A DNA stretch of 64,000 nt from Squalus acanthias (lineage: Eukaryota): positions 992,001 to 1,056,000 of the forward strand of contig JASTWF010000071.1 of assembly GCA_030390025.1 (NCBI GenBank), in the 5' to 3' direction. Of the stretch, positions 25,607 to 36,438 are shown in pieces. The stretch's first letter is position 1. Each line of letters begins with the position of its first letter. A model generated the notes under the pieces. The model was given only the letters and a program-made list of their open reading frames with translations. It was not told where the DNA came from and did no database searches. Made by a program: the position numbers and the translations under genes.

Positions 25607-26344
25607 AGGAGCGTTTACTTTTCTTTGAACACTTCTGTTTATCAGTTTAAAAAATATTGGAGATGCGGGGGCGGGGGGGAAGGCTGTTTGACTGTCAAGC
25701 ATTATCCAATTGGGTAATGAAGAGTCTTTTCGCTTTCCAATTGGCTCGGGAAGGCAAGGCACCGCGAGGATGGGCCTGTTGGGCGACCAATGGTGGGAGT
25801 GTGTGGGCAGGTCATGTAATGAAACCTCCAGCAATAATTTCAACCAGAGTTGGCGACCCGAATCTTGAATGCATCTATGGAGCAATACTCCAGCTTGGGC
25901 CCAACCAGTGGACTTATAAAGGTTTTGCATAACTTCCAACAACTGTTGACATTTATCGAGCGCATTTAACACAGCAAAACACACCAAGGCGCTTAACAAG
26001 AGCGATATCAATTAAAACATTTTTGACACCGAGCCACAGAAGGCGATCTCAGAATCATAGGAATTTACAGCATAGAAGGAGGCCATTCAGCCCATCGTGT
26101 CTGTGCTGGCCAAAAAAGAGCGAACCAGCCTAATCCCACTCTCCAGCTCTTGGTCTGAAGCCTTGTCGGTTCGGGCACTTCAAGTGCAAATCCAAGTACT
26201 TTTTAGATGCAATGAGGTTTTTTGTTTCTACCACCAATGTCCCCCGTAAGACCCCCACAGTGTCAGCTGTGGCTCAGTGGGTAGCACACTTGCCTCTGAG
26301 TCAGAAGGTTGTGGGTTTAAGTCCCACTCCAGAGACTTGAGCAC

Positions 26345-27709
26345 CCCACTCTCACACACTGCTGGGGAACAGAATCACCCCACTCTCACACACTGTGGGA
26401 ACAGAATCACCCCACTCTCTCACACTGTGGGAACAGAATCACCCCACTCTCACACACTGTGGGGAACAGAATCACCCCACTCTCACACACTGCTGGGGAA
26501 CAGAATCACCCCACTCTCACACACTGCTGGGGAACAGAATCACCCCACTCTCTCACACTGTGGGAACAGAATCACCCCACTCTCACACACTGTGGGAACA
26601 GAATCACCCCACTCTCACACACTGTGGGAACAGAATCACCCCACTCTCACACACTGTGGGAACAGAATCACCCCACTCTCACACACTGTGGGAACAGAAT
26701 CACCCCACTCTCACACACTGTGGGAACAGAATCACCCCACTCTCACACACTGTGGGAACAGAATCACCCCACTCTCACACACTGTGGGGAACAGAATCAC
26801 CCCACTCTCACACACTGCTGGGGAACAGAATCACCCCACTCTCTCACACTGTGGGAACAGAATCACCCCACTCTCTCACACTGTGGGAACAGAATCACCC
26901 CACTCTCTCACACTGTGGGAACAGAATCACCCCACTCTCACACACTGTGGGAACAGAATCACCCCACTCTCACACACTGTGGGGAACAGAATCACCCCAC
27001 TCTCACACACTGTGGGAACAGAATCACCCCACTCTCACACACTGCTGGGGAACAGAATCACCCCACTCTCACACACTGTGGAGAACAGAATCACCCCACT
27101 CTCTCACACTGTGGGAACAGAATCACCCCACTCTCTCACACTGTGGGGAACAGAATCACCCCACTCTCACACACTGTGGGAACAGAATCACCCCACTCTC
27201 TCACACTGTGGGAACAGAATCACCCCACTCTCACACACTGTGGGGAACAGAATCACCCCACTCTCACACACTGTGGGAACAGAATCACCCCACTCTCACA
27301 CACTGTGGGAACAGAATCACCCCACTCTCACACTGTGGGAACAGAATCACCCCACTCTCACACACTGTGGGAACAGAATCACCCCACTCTCTCACACTGT
27401 GGGAACAGAATCACCCCACTCTCACACACTGTGGGAACAGAATCACCCCACTCTCACACACTGTGGGAACAGAATCACCCCACTCTCACACACTGTGGGA
27501 ACAGAATCACCCCACTCTCACACACTGTGGGAACAGAATCACCCCACTCTCACACACTGTGGGAACAGAATCACCCCACTCTCACACACTGTGGGAACAG
27601 AATCACCCCACTCTCTCACACTGTGGGAACAGAATCACCCCACTCTCTCACACTGTGGGAACAGAATCACCCCACTCTCACACACTGTGGGAACAGAATC
27701 ACCCCACTC
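26345..27709. repeat. Minisatellite, 32-bp unit CCCCACTCTCACACACTGTGGGAACAGAATCA (~42 copies)
   Basis: Direct tandem copies with 30-34 bp variants and no spacers. Confidence 0.97.
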
Positions 27710-27716
27710 AGCTGTG

Positions 27717-28180
27717 TGTCAGCTCAGTGGGCAGCACTCTCTCGCCTCTGAGTCAGAAGGTTGTGGGTTCAAGTCCCACTCCAGAGACTTGAGCAAAAAA
27801 TCTAGGCTGACACGCCAGTGCAGTGCTGAGGGAGCGCTGCACTGTCGGAGGTGCCGTCTTTCGGATGAGACGTTAAATCGAGGCCCCGTCTGCTCTCACA
27901 GGTGAACGTGAAAGATCCCATGGCACTATTTTGAAGAAGAGCAGGGGAGTTCCCCCTTGGTGCCCTGTGCCAAATATTTATCCCTCAACCAACATAACAA
28001 AATCAGATTATCTGGTCATTATCACATTGCTGTTTGTGGGAGTTTGCTGTGCACAAATTGGCCGCTGCGTTTCCTACATTACAACAGTGACTACACTCCA
28101 AAAAGTACTGCACTGGCTGTAAAGCGCTTTGAGACGTCCGGTGGTCGTGAAAGGCGCTATATAAATGCAAGTTTTTTTTT
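27717..28180 (+). mobile_element. DeuSINE (SacSINE1-like)
   Basis: Full-length copy; an extra SINE head sits at 26261-26343. Confidence 0.85.
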
Positions 28181-28495
28181 TAAGCCGCACTGCCTCCCCT
28201 AATGCGCATCCTATTCAAATTGTTGCGCATTCGCGGTTCCTACGACGTAAAAGCCGGTGAGCGGCCTGCGCGGGACCTTGCAGATGACTGCACGGCCACG
28301 CAGCTTAGCGGGAACATTGTCTACCACCCTTTCAGGCAGTGAGTTCCAGACCCCCCACCACCCTCTGGGTGAAAAAAGTTCTCCTCAACTCCCCTCTAAT
28401 CCTTCTACCAATCACTTTCAATCCATGCCCCCTGGTTATTGACCTCTCTGATAGGGGAAATAGGTCCTATCTAGGCCCCTCATAATTTAATACAC

Positions 28496-31400
28496 TGGCG
28501 GATCGCCACCTAAACGGGCATAACCCACTTTTCCGTCTGTGGACAATATATCGGTGAACCTTCCCTTTAAGGCACCTTACCTTTAAGACAGGAGTGGGTG
28601 GGGCTTCAGGGTTTTTCCAGAGAATTCTGGGAGCAGCTTTCTCAGCCATTTTGTGTGCCATGCTGTGAATTAAAGTTTCTTGTTTTCCACATATGGATTC
28701 AGCCTCCATTCGTGTTTCGCAGCAGCCTCAACATTGGTGACCCCGACGCTCAGAACGTATTCCGAGCACTGCAATGGCGGACATGAACGCAGTTTCCGTG
28801 AAACTGCCGGAGTTTTGGGAAAACCAGCCCGAAGCCTGGTTTCTCCAAGCTGAATCTCACTTCCGGCTGCGAAATATCACCACAGATGGGACGAAGTACG
28901 ACTATCTCGTCACATCACTCAGTAGCGCCGCAGTTTCGAAGGTTTGGACAACGCTGCAGAACCCACCAGAGGAAGGCAAGTACGCACATCTCAGGACAGC
29001 GCTCCTTAAAAAATTTACGGCCTCGGCATATCAGCGAAACTGCCACCTCCTCGACCTTCCAGGCCTCGGTGATGCCTCACCGTCAGACCTCCTCTCCCAC
29101 ATGCTCTCCCTCACCGACGAGAGCCCACCCGGATCCCTCTTCCGCACGCTGTTCATCCGCCAGCTCCCTCTCAGCATCCGCCCAGCGATCGTGGCATCCT
29201 GCCTCACGAACCTGGAAGCCCTGGCCGATGAGGCCGACAAGCTGCTGTTCGCTCACTCCAGCCGCGACATCACTCCGGACCTGGCAGCCAGTGCCTGGGC
29301 GCGCCCCTCACCATCCAGCACGCAGCCACAAGGGCCTGTCACCAGGCCCACGGGGCCTTCACGCCCCACTAACCCGGGCCACTGTTACTACCACGCACGG
29401 TTCAGCGCCAGGGCACAACGGTGCACACCTCCCTGCTCTTTCAAGTCCGCCCCCGTACCAGCCCCCGCGATGGCTGTGGGCCACGCGGGCTCCCTGCTGT
29501 TCGTTACGGATGACAAAACCGGCCGCCGGTTCCTGTGCGACACTAGGGCTCAGCACAGCATCATCCCGGCCTCCTCCCTCGACATCCAAAAGGGTGAATG
29601 AGGACCGGCGCTGGCTGCTGCTAACGGCTCGGAAATCCGGACGTATGGCACCCGGACAGTCACCGTCGACCTCGCTGGTCGCCGCTACCGATGGGAGTTC
29701 ATCACTGCCAAGGTGCTCTCCCCTCTCATCGGCGCAGATTTCCTGTGCGCCCACGGCCTACTGGTAGACATCCCCCGTCACCGCCTCGTGGACATGAACA
29801 CCATGTCCCCCATCTTGGGCGCCATGGCCCCCCGTCAACCCGCCGACATGGCGTCACAGTGCCACGCCCGGGCCACGGATGACTACTCGGCACTCCTGGC
29901 CGAATTCCCAGCCCTTACCAATCCGACCTTCTCCGCGGAGGACGCCAAACACGAGGTGGAACACTTCATCCCCACCACAGGCCCCCCAGTGTACGCCCAC
30001 GCCCGCAGGCTGGACCCGGCCAAACTGGAGATCGCGCGGACCGAGTTTGCCACCATGGAACAGCTCGGCATCATCCGCCGCTCCAACAGTCCCTGGGCCT
30101 CCCCACTCCACATCGCCCCCAAACCAGGCGGAGGTTGGCGCCCCTGCGGGGATTACCGCCGCCTCAATGACGCCACCACCCCTGATCAGTACCCCGTGCC
30201 GCACATTCAGGACTTCTCGGCTAGACTGGCCGGCCGCTCAGTCTTTTCCAAGGTCGACCTGGTGCGCGGCTACCACCAAGTCCCCGTCCACCCCGCGGAC
30301 GTCCCCAAGATGGCCGTAATCACCCCCTTCGGCCTGTTCGAGTTCCTGCGGATGCCCTTCGGCCTCAAAAACGCGGCCCAGGCATTCCAACGGCTCATGG
30401 ACTCGGTCCTTCGGGACCTGAAGTTCCTGTTCGTCTACCTGGACGACATCCTGGTAGCCAGTTCCTGCAAGCAGGAACACTTCGAACACCTCCGCATCCT
30501 GTTTGGGCGCCTCAGCGACCACGGGCTCATCCTCAGCCCAGCCAAATGCCAGTTCGGCCTGGACAAGATCGACTTCCTCGGCCACCACATCACCCATGCT
30601 GGGGCCATTCCCCTGCCCACCAAGGTGCAGGCTGTCCAACAATTTCCCCGCCCCACCACCATCAAAGGCCTCCAGGAGTTCCTCGGGATGGTGAACTTCT
30701 ATAACCGCTTCATCCCCAAAGCGGCGTCCCTCATGAGGCCCCTGTATGAAACCCTCCGGGGCAGGAGCGGCAAGATGGCAGTCGAATGGACGGCAGACGT
30801 GTCAGCCGCCTTCGACTCCACCAAGACCGCGCTCGCCAATGCCACCCTGCTCGCGCACCCACGGCCCAATGCCAGGGTAGCACTCACCACAGACGCCTCT
30901 GACCACACGGTCGGCGCCGTGTATGAGCAGTGGGTCGACGGCGCCTGGCAACCACTTGCCTTCTTCAGCCGCCAACTATGCCCCCCGGAGGTCAAGTACA
31001 GCACCTTCGACCGCGAGCTCCTCGCACTGTTCCTGGCGGTCCGCCATTTCCGGTTTTTGCTTGAGGGCCACCCCTTCACGGCGTTTGTCGACCACAAGTC
31101 CCTGACATTCGCAATGGCAAAGACAACCGACCCCTGGTCCGCCAGGCAGCAGCGCCAGCTCGCGGCAGTGTCCGAGTTCACCACGGACATCCAACACGTC
31201 TCCGGCCGAGACAATGTGGTAGCCGACTGCCTCTCCCGCCCCGCCATCCACGCTGCACACCTGGCAGTCGACTACGCTCAACTCGCAGCAGACCAGATCA
31301 CCGACCCTGATCTGCTCTCCGCACCCACCAACCTACCAGGGCTACGCCTGGCCGACGTCGCCTGTGGCCCGACCGCAGTCACGGTCAAGTGCGACATATC

Positions 31401-33114
31401 CCTATGTCAACCTCGGCCCATCGTCCCAGCGTCCTGGCGCCGCCGGGTATTCGACATTCTCCACAATCTCTCCCACCCCGGCGCCCGCGCATCCATCAAA
31501 TTGGTAGCCAACCGCTTTGTCTGGCGCGGCCTTCGCAAGGATGTGCGTACTTGGGCCAACTCCTGCCTAGCCTGCCAACGGGCCAAGGTACAGCAACACA
31601 CGAAAGCACCCCTCGAGGAATTTACCGTCCCCTCGCGGAGATTCGACCACATCCACGTGGACATCGTCAGGCCCCTGCCGCCGTCGCAAGGCCACACGCA
31701 CTTGCTGACCATCGTTGACCGCACCACACACTGGCCTGAGGCAATTCCACTGACCTCTACCACCACCGCCGACATCGCCAGAGCCTTCGTCAGCACCTGG
31801 GTCGCACGGTTCGGCGTCCCCTCCGACATGACGTCGGACAGAGGTCCGCAATTTACCTCTGAACTCTGGACCGCCGTCGCACGCAATCTCGGGGTGACCA
31901 TTCACCGCACCACAGCGTACCACCCCCAAGCCAACGGACTGTGTGAGCAGTTCCACAGATCCTTGAAGGCATCTCTTCGAGCCAGCCTCCAAGACGGCGC
32001 CTGGACCGACCGACTTCCGTGGGTCCTCCTCGGCCTGCGCACCGCGGTTAAAGAAGACCTCCACGCATCGGCAGCAGAGCTCGTGTACGGTCAGCCGCTG
32101 CGCGTACCCGGCGAGTTCCTGCCCACCGCCACGACACCCTGGTCAGCCGACCAGCAACGCCACGACTTCGCCTCACCGGCGCTGCAGTTCGCCCCGGTGC
32201 CCATTGCTCGACACGGCGAATCCACCTCACACGTCCCACTAAGCCTGCACCAGGCACGGTTTGTTTTCGTCCGGCACGACGCCCACCGCGGACCCCTTCA
32301 ACCCCCGTACGACGGGCCCTACAAGGTGCTACAGGCTGGGGACAAATTTTTCACCCTGCAAGTGGGCGACAGGACCGAAAAAGTGTCGGTTGACCGACTC
32401 AAGCCAGCACACTCGGAGCCCGGTGAGCAGGTCCCTGTAGCTCGTCCACCTCCACGCAGCCAACCTGCCCTCAAGCCAGTTCACCCGGCTGCTCCACGCC
32501 CGGCTGTTCCACGTCCACCGGCGTCCTACAAGAGCCGCTCCGGCCGGCCCATCAGACCGCCGCACCGTCTCGCCCACACCTCCTAAGCGGATTCTGGGGG
32601 GAGCTGTGTGGTGGATCGCCACCTAAACGGGCATAACCCACTTTTCCGTCTGTGGACAATATATCGGTGAACCTTCCCTTTAAGCTTCGCGGGAACATTG
32701 TCTACCACCCTTTCTGGCAGTGCGTTCCAGACCCCCCACCACCCTCTGGGTGAAAAAAGTTCTCCTCAACTCCCCTCTAATCCTTCTACCAATCACTTTC
32801 AATCCATGCCCCCTAGTTATTGACCTCTCTGATAGGGGAAATAGGTCCTATCTAGGCCCCTCATAATTTAATACACTGGCGGATCGCCACCTAAACGGGC
32901 ATAACCCACTTTTCCGTCTGTGGACAATATATCGGTGAACCTTCCCTTTAAGGCACCTTACCTTTAAGACAGGAGTGGGCGGGGCTTCAGGGTTTTTCCA
33001 GAGAATTCTGGGAGCAGCGTTCTCAGCCATTTTGTGTGCTATGCTGTGAATTAAAGTTTCTTGTTTTCCACATATGGATTCAGCCTCCATTCGTGTTTCG
33101 CGGCAGCCTCAACA
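28496..33114 (+). mobile_element. Ty3/Gypsy LTR retrotransposon, CsRn1/Kabuki-clade-like
   Basis: 238-bp TG...CA LTRs (28496-28733, 32877-33114); ACAC 4-bp TSD; tRNA-Trp PBS TGGTGACCCCGACG at 28735-28748; PPT GGGGGGAG at ~32596-32603; gag with a CHCC knuckle; domain order PR-RT-RH-IN. Confidence 0.95.
28774..32586 (+). pseudogene. Gypsy gag-pol single reading frame with one in-frame TGA (29599-29601)
   Basis: ORFs 28774-29601 and 29713-32586 share a frame and the sequence between them is open. Motifs: RT YLDD, RNase H TDAS/DHK/ADCLSR, integrase HHCC, D-D-E, GPY/F. Protease motif reads DTR rather than DTG. Confidence 0.9.
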
Positions 33115-33149
33115 ACACCTCAATTAAATCTCCCCTCAGCCTCCTTTGT

Positions 33150-33457
33150 CACCCGGTGCGGATGGGAGCGGGCAGGTCGGAGGACCTCCTCGTGGGACTG
33201 CTCCTGGGCCTGGCCAAAGTGGCCATTAATAGGTCCAGTCAGCGGGCGGTCGAGGGGGTCGTCCGGCCCAATTGCCTGCCTCTCTTCCGCGGCTATGTTC
33301 ACTGCCGGGTGGCCCTGGAGATGGAGCACTTGGTGTCCGCCAGCAAGCTCGTGGCCTTCCGGGACAGGTGGGCGCCGCGGGGACTGGAGTGCATCATCTC
33401 GCGGGCCGATGAGATTTTAATTTGATCTAATTATTTTGATGGGTATAACAAAAGATG
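33150..33457 (+). mobile_element. 5'-truncated non-LTR element (L1/Tx1-like 3' end) with 14-bp TSD
   Basis: TCAGCCTCCTTTGT at 33136-33149 and 33458-33471; LLLGLAKVAI...AFRDRWA resembles the Tx1 ORF2 C-terminus. Confidence 0.7.
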
Positions 33458-33687
33458 TCAGCCTCCTTTGTTCCAAGATATCAGGACAGATGACCAAAAG
33501 CTTGGTCAAAGGTTTTAAGGAGCATCTTAAAGTAGGAGAGAGAGGTAGAGAGGCTGAGAGGGTTGGCTCCTTGCTTTTGCACTTTATATTGGGATAGGGG
33601 GAGGGGTGAAAGTCGAGACAATTGGGTCTCAAATATCCGCGGGAAATTGCTACTTCTGAACCAGGAAGTGAATCGGTTTCAGCGCGG

Positions 33688-34194
33688 ATGGCTGGAGTTT
33701 TACTGGATGTCCTCCGATCCTTCAGTGATGGAGCTCCCAGGGCAGATGTGACTCGGGGTTGGGACACAGCGGATCTGGGGGCTTGCCTGCTGCTGGGGGA
33801 GCAATCCTGCGGGAGAACCTCCCTCCTCTTCCTGGCAGCTGCCTCAGCCGCCGGCCAGGAGGGCAGGCGTGTGCTCTTCCTGGCCCCCAGCCCAGTCCAG
33901 GCGCTGCCCGCGCCTCTGCTCCGCCTGGAGCCCCAGAGCCTCCGGAGGATCCAGTTCGCCTACCCCAGGTCGGCGGAGGAGCTGCTGGAGGCGCTGGCGT
34001 CTTTGCATGAGAGCCCGGGCAGTCTGCCTTCTCTCATTCTGCTGGACGGGCTGGACGAGTACCTGCAGGGTGTCTGCGGGCAGGACAGGGCTCCACAGGC
34101 GGCGCTGATCGCTGCCTTGCTCCGGGACAGCGCTGCCTGGGTCTCCCAGAAGTTGCGACCCAGTGCAGAGTGCCAGGTCATTGTAACATTGAAG
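33688..34194 (+). CDS. SWSAP1: SWSAP1 exon 1 (RecA-fold ATPase, Shu complex partner of ZSWIM7)
   Basis: CLLLGEQSCGRTSLLFLAA...VLFLAPSPVQALP...IQFAYPRSAEEL...PSLILLDGLDEYL...AALIAALLRDSA aligns by eye with SWSAP1 (LLLLGTPGSGKTALLFAAA...IRFQYP...PSLLLLDGLEEYL). Donor AAG|GTGCAC is weak. ETS motif CAGGAAGTG just upstream. Confidence 0.85.
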
Positions 34195-34294
34195 GTGCAC
34201 GAAAGTTAACAGCTTCCAAACTGTGATGATTTTTTGCATTTTATCCCAATTAGGTTTTGTTCTTATTTGATCATTCGGGTCTTTCCCCTCTTGG

Positions 34295-35445
34295 TGTCAA
34301 CCAGTGGGTAGCACTGAGGCAGAAGGTTGTTGTGGGTTCAAGTCCCCACTCCAGAGATTTGAGCACAAAAATCTAGGCTGACACTCCCCAGTGCAGTGCT
34401 GAGGGAGTGCCGCACTGTCGGAGGTGCCGACTTTCGGATGAGACGTTAAACCGAGGTCCCGTCTGCTCTCTCGGGTGGACGTAAAAGATCCCACGGCCAC
34501 TATTTTGAAGAAGAGCAAAGGGAGTTATCCCCGGTGTCCTGGGGCCAATATTTATCCCTCAAGCAACATCACTAAAAAAAACAGATTATCTGGCCATTAT
34601 CACATTGCTGTTTGTGGGATCTTGCTGTGCGCAAATTGGCGGCCGCGTTTCCCACATGACAACAGTGACTACACTTCAAAAAGTGCTTCATTGGCTGTAA
34701 AGCGCTTTGGAACGTCCGGTGGTCGTGAAAGGTGCCATATAAATGCAAGTCTTTCATTCATTCTCTACCCCAGTTTTTTTTAACTTTCCCTTAAAAGTTT
34801 GTCAACTCTAAAACAAGACTGGGGCAGGGGAAAGTCCTCAGAGTTGCTTTTAAACAATCAAATGACAACTTTTAGATCTTCTGCATGGATGGTGGGGGCA
34901 GGGAGATGGAACAACAGGTTAGCGAAAGATTTTAAATGTAATAAAAGAAAATGGGAAAATGTGGAAACGATGACATTACAGTGAGAAAATGAGTGAAGCC
35001 ACAGATAGAATTTTAAAAGAGAAAGAATAGGAAGGGAATAGAATTAGAGGATGAAAGAGATGCAACAGGGTGAGTGGAATTAATAAGAAAGAAAGACTTG
35101 CATTTATATAGCGCCTTTGACGACCTCAGCACGTCCCAAAGCGCTTTACAGCCAATTAAGTACTTTTTGAAGTGTAGTCACTGTTGTAATGTAGGAAACC
35201 AATTTGCGCACAGCAAGCTCCCACAAACAGCAATGAGATAATGATCAGATAATCTGTTTTTGTGATGTTGGTTGAGGGATAAATATTGGCCAGGACACCG
35301 GGGAGAACTCCCCTGCTCTTCTTCCAAATAGTGACGTGGGATCTTTTACATCCACCCAAGAGGGCAGACGGGGCCTCGATTTAACGTCTCATCTGAAAGA
35401 CGGCACCTCCTACAGTGCAGCACTCCCTCAGTACTGCACTGGAGT
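34295..35445. mobile_element. Two oppositely oriented DeuSINEs in the SWSAP1 intron (34295-34760 +, 35085-35445 -)
   Basis: Same consensus as the other copies. Confidence 0.85.
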
Positions 35446-35829
35446 CTAAGGCGAGAGGTGGGACTTGGGGCAGGGGGTGGGATTGAAGTTGAGTTTTTGC
35501 TTTGATGGAAATTCATTGAAAACTTCAATAACTGATGCCCCCAGGTCAATGATTGAAATCCCGCTGCCCCATACCTCTCCCAAAAGGCGGTGGATGCTGG
35601 GTGAATTGAAAAGGTCAAGATTTGAGATCTTTTGTTGGGCAAGGGTATCAAGGGATATGGAGCAAAGGTGGGTTAAAGCAGTTGAGGTACAGATCAGCCA
35701 TGATCCAATTAAATGGCGGAACAGGCTCGAGAGGCTGAATGGCCTATTCCTATGTGAACCTGCGTTTAATGAATCTAGCACCGGGAAAAACGACCAGTAA
35801 AGCTGTTGGGGGAAAAAAACAATGTCAAC

Positions 35830-36215
35830 ATCCTTGATTTCAAATGCCTCCAGGGCCTTGCCCCTCCCTATCTCTGTAACCTCCTCCAGCCCCACAACCC
35901 TCCGAGATCTCTGCGCTCCTCCAATTCTGCCCTCTTGAGCATCCCTGATTTTCTTCGGCTCCAACATTGGCGGCCGTGCCTTCAGCTGCCAAGGCCCTAA
36001 GCTGTGGAATTCCCTCCCTGAACCTCTCCACCTCTCTACCTCTCTCTCTTCCTTTAAGATGCTGCTTAAAACGTATCTCTTTGACCAAGCTTTTGATCAT
36101 CTGTCCTAATATCTCCTTATGTGGCTCGGTGTCAAATTATGTTTGATAACGTTCCTGGGAAGCGCCTTGCGACGTTACTACTTTAAAGGTGCTATATAAA
36201 TGCAAGTTGTTGTTT
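35830..36215 (+). mobile_element. L2-like LINE 3' fragment
   Basis: GLAPPYL...GRAFS...LWNSLP frame; tail GCTATATAAATGCAAGTTGTTG shared with the SINE. Similar copies at 42605-43010 and 53430-54250. Confidence 0.75.
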
Positions 36216-36438
36216 TACACGTGACGCCAGTCCTCATGACGTAGTTGATTCTGGAGGCCCTCTGCAGTGGCCTAACGAGCCATTTCGGCAATCCAGGGGG
36301 AAAGAGGGGCTAATTACAATGCCCCTGTACCCGAGCTCAGCTATTGCCACACAAACCAGAGATCGAAGCTGGCTTACTGCTCTTTTATGATTAGCGCGCA
36401 CACAGACTGATGAGTTTCTTTCGTTTTTAACTCTTTAG

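Larger units (their letters stand above)
26235..28319. mobile_element. hAT-type MITE expanded by SINE and minisatellite insertions
   Basis: Ends CAATGTCCCCCGTAAG / CTTAGCGGGAACATTG; 8-bp TSD TCTACCAC at 26227-26234 and 28320-28327. Confidence 0.8.

Noticed and set aside
26277-27905. Long ORFs (542, 465, 430 aa) and a CRISPR-like periodic look
   Set aside because: Pure tandem 32-bp units without unique spacers; open in all three frames only because the unit lacks stops; no cas genes; eukaryotic context.
29599-29601. Programmed gag-pol stop-codon readthrough
   Set aside because: The TGA falls inside the protease domain, after the catalytic motif, and is best explained as CGA>TGA decay.
28886-32622. 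Many overlapping alternative-frame and antisense ORFs in the Gypsy element
   Set aside because: Expected from high GC content; no recognisable domain and no env-like ORF.
33622-33687. N-terminal extension of SWSAP1 in the ORF track
   Set aside because: Starts at a TTG and overlaps promoter-like sequence; ATG 33688 has a good Kozak context (CGGATGG).
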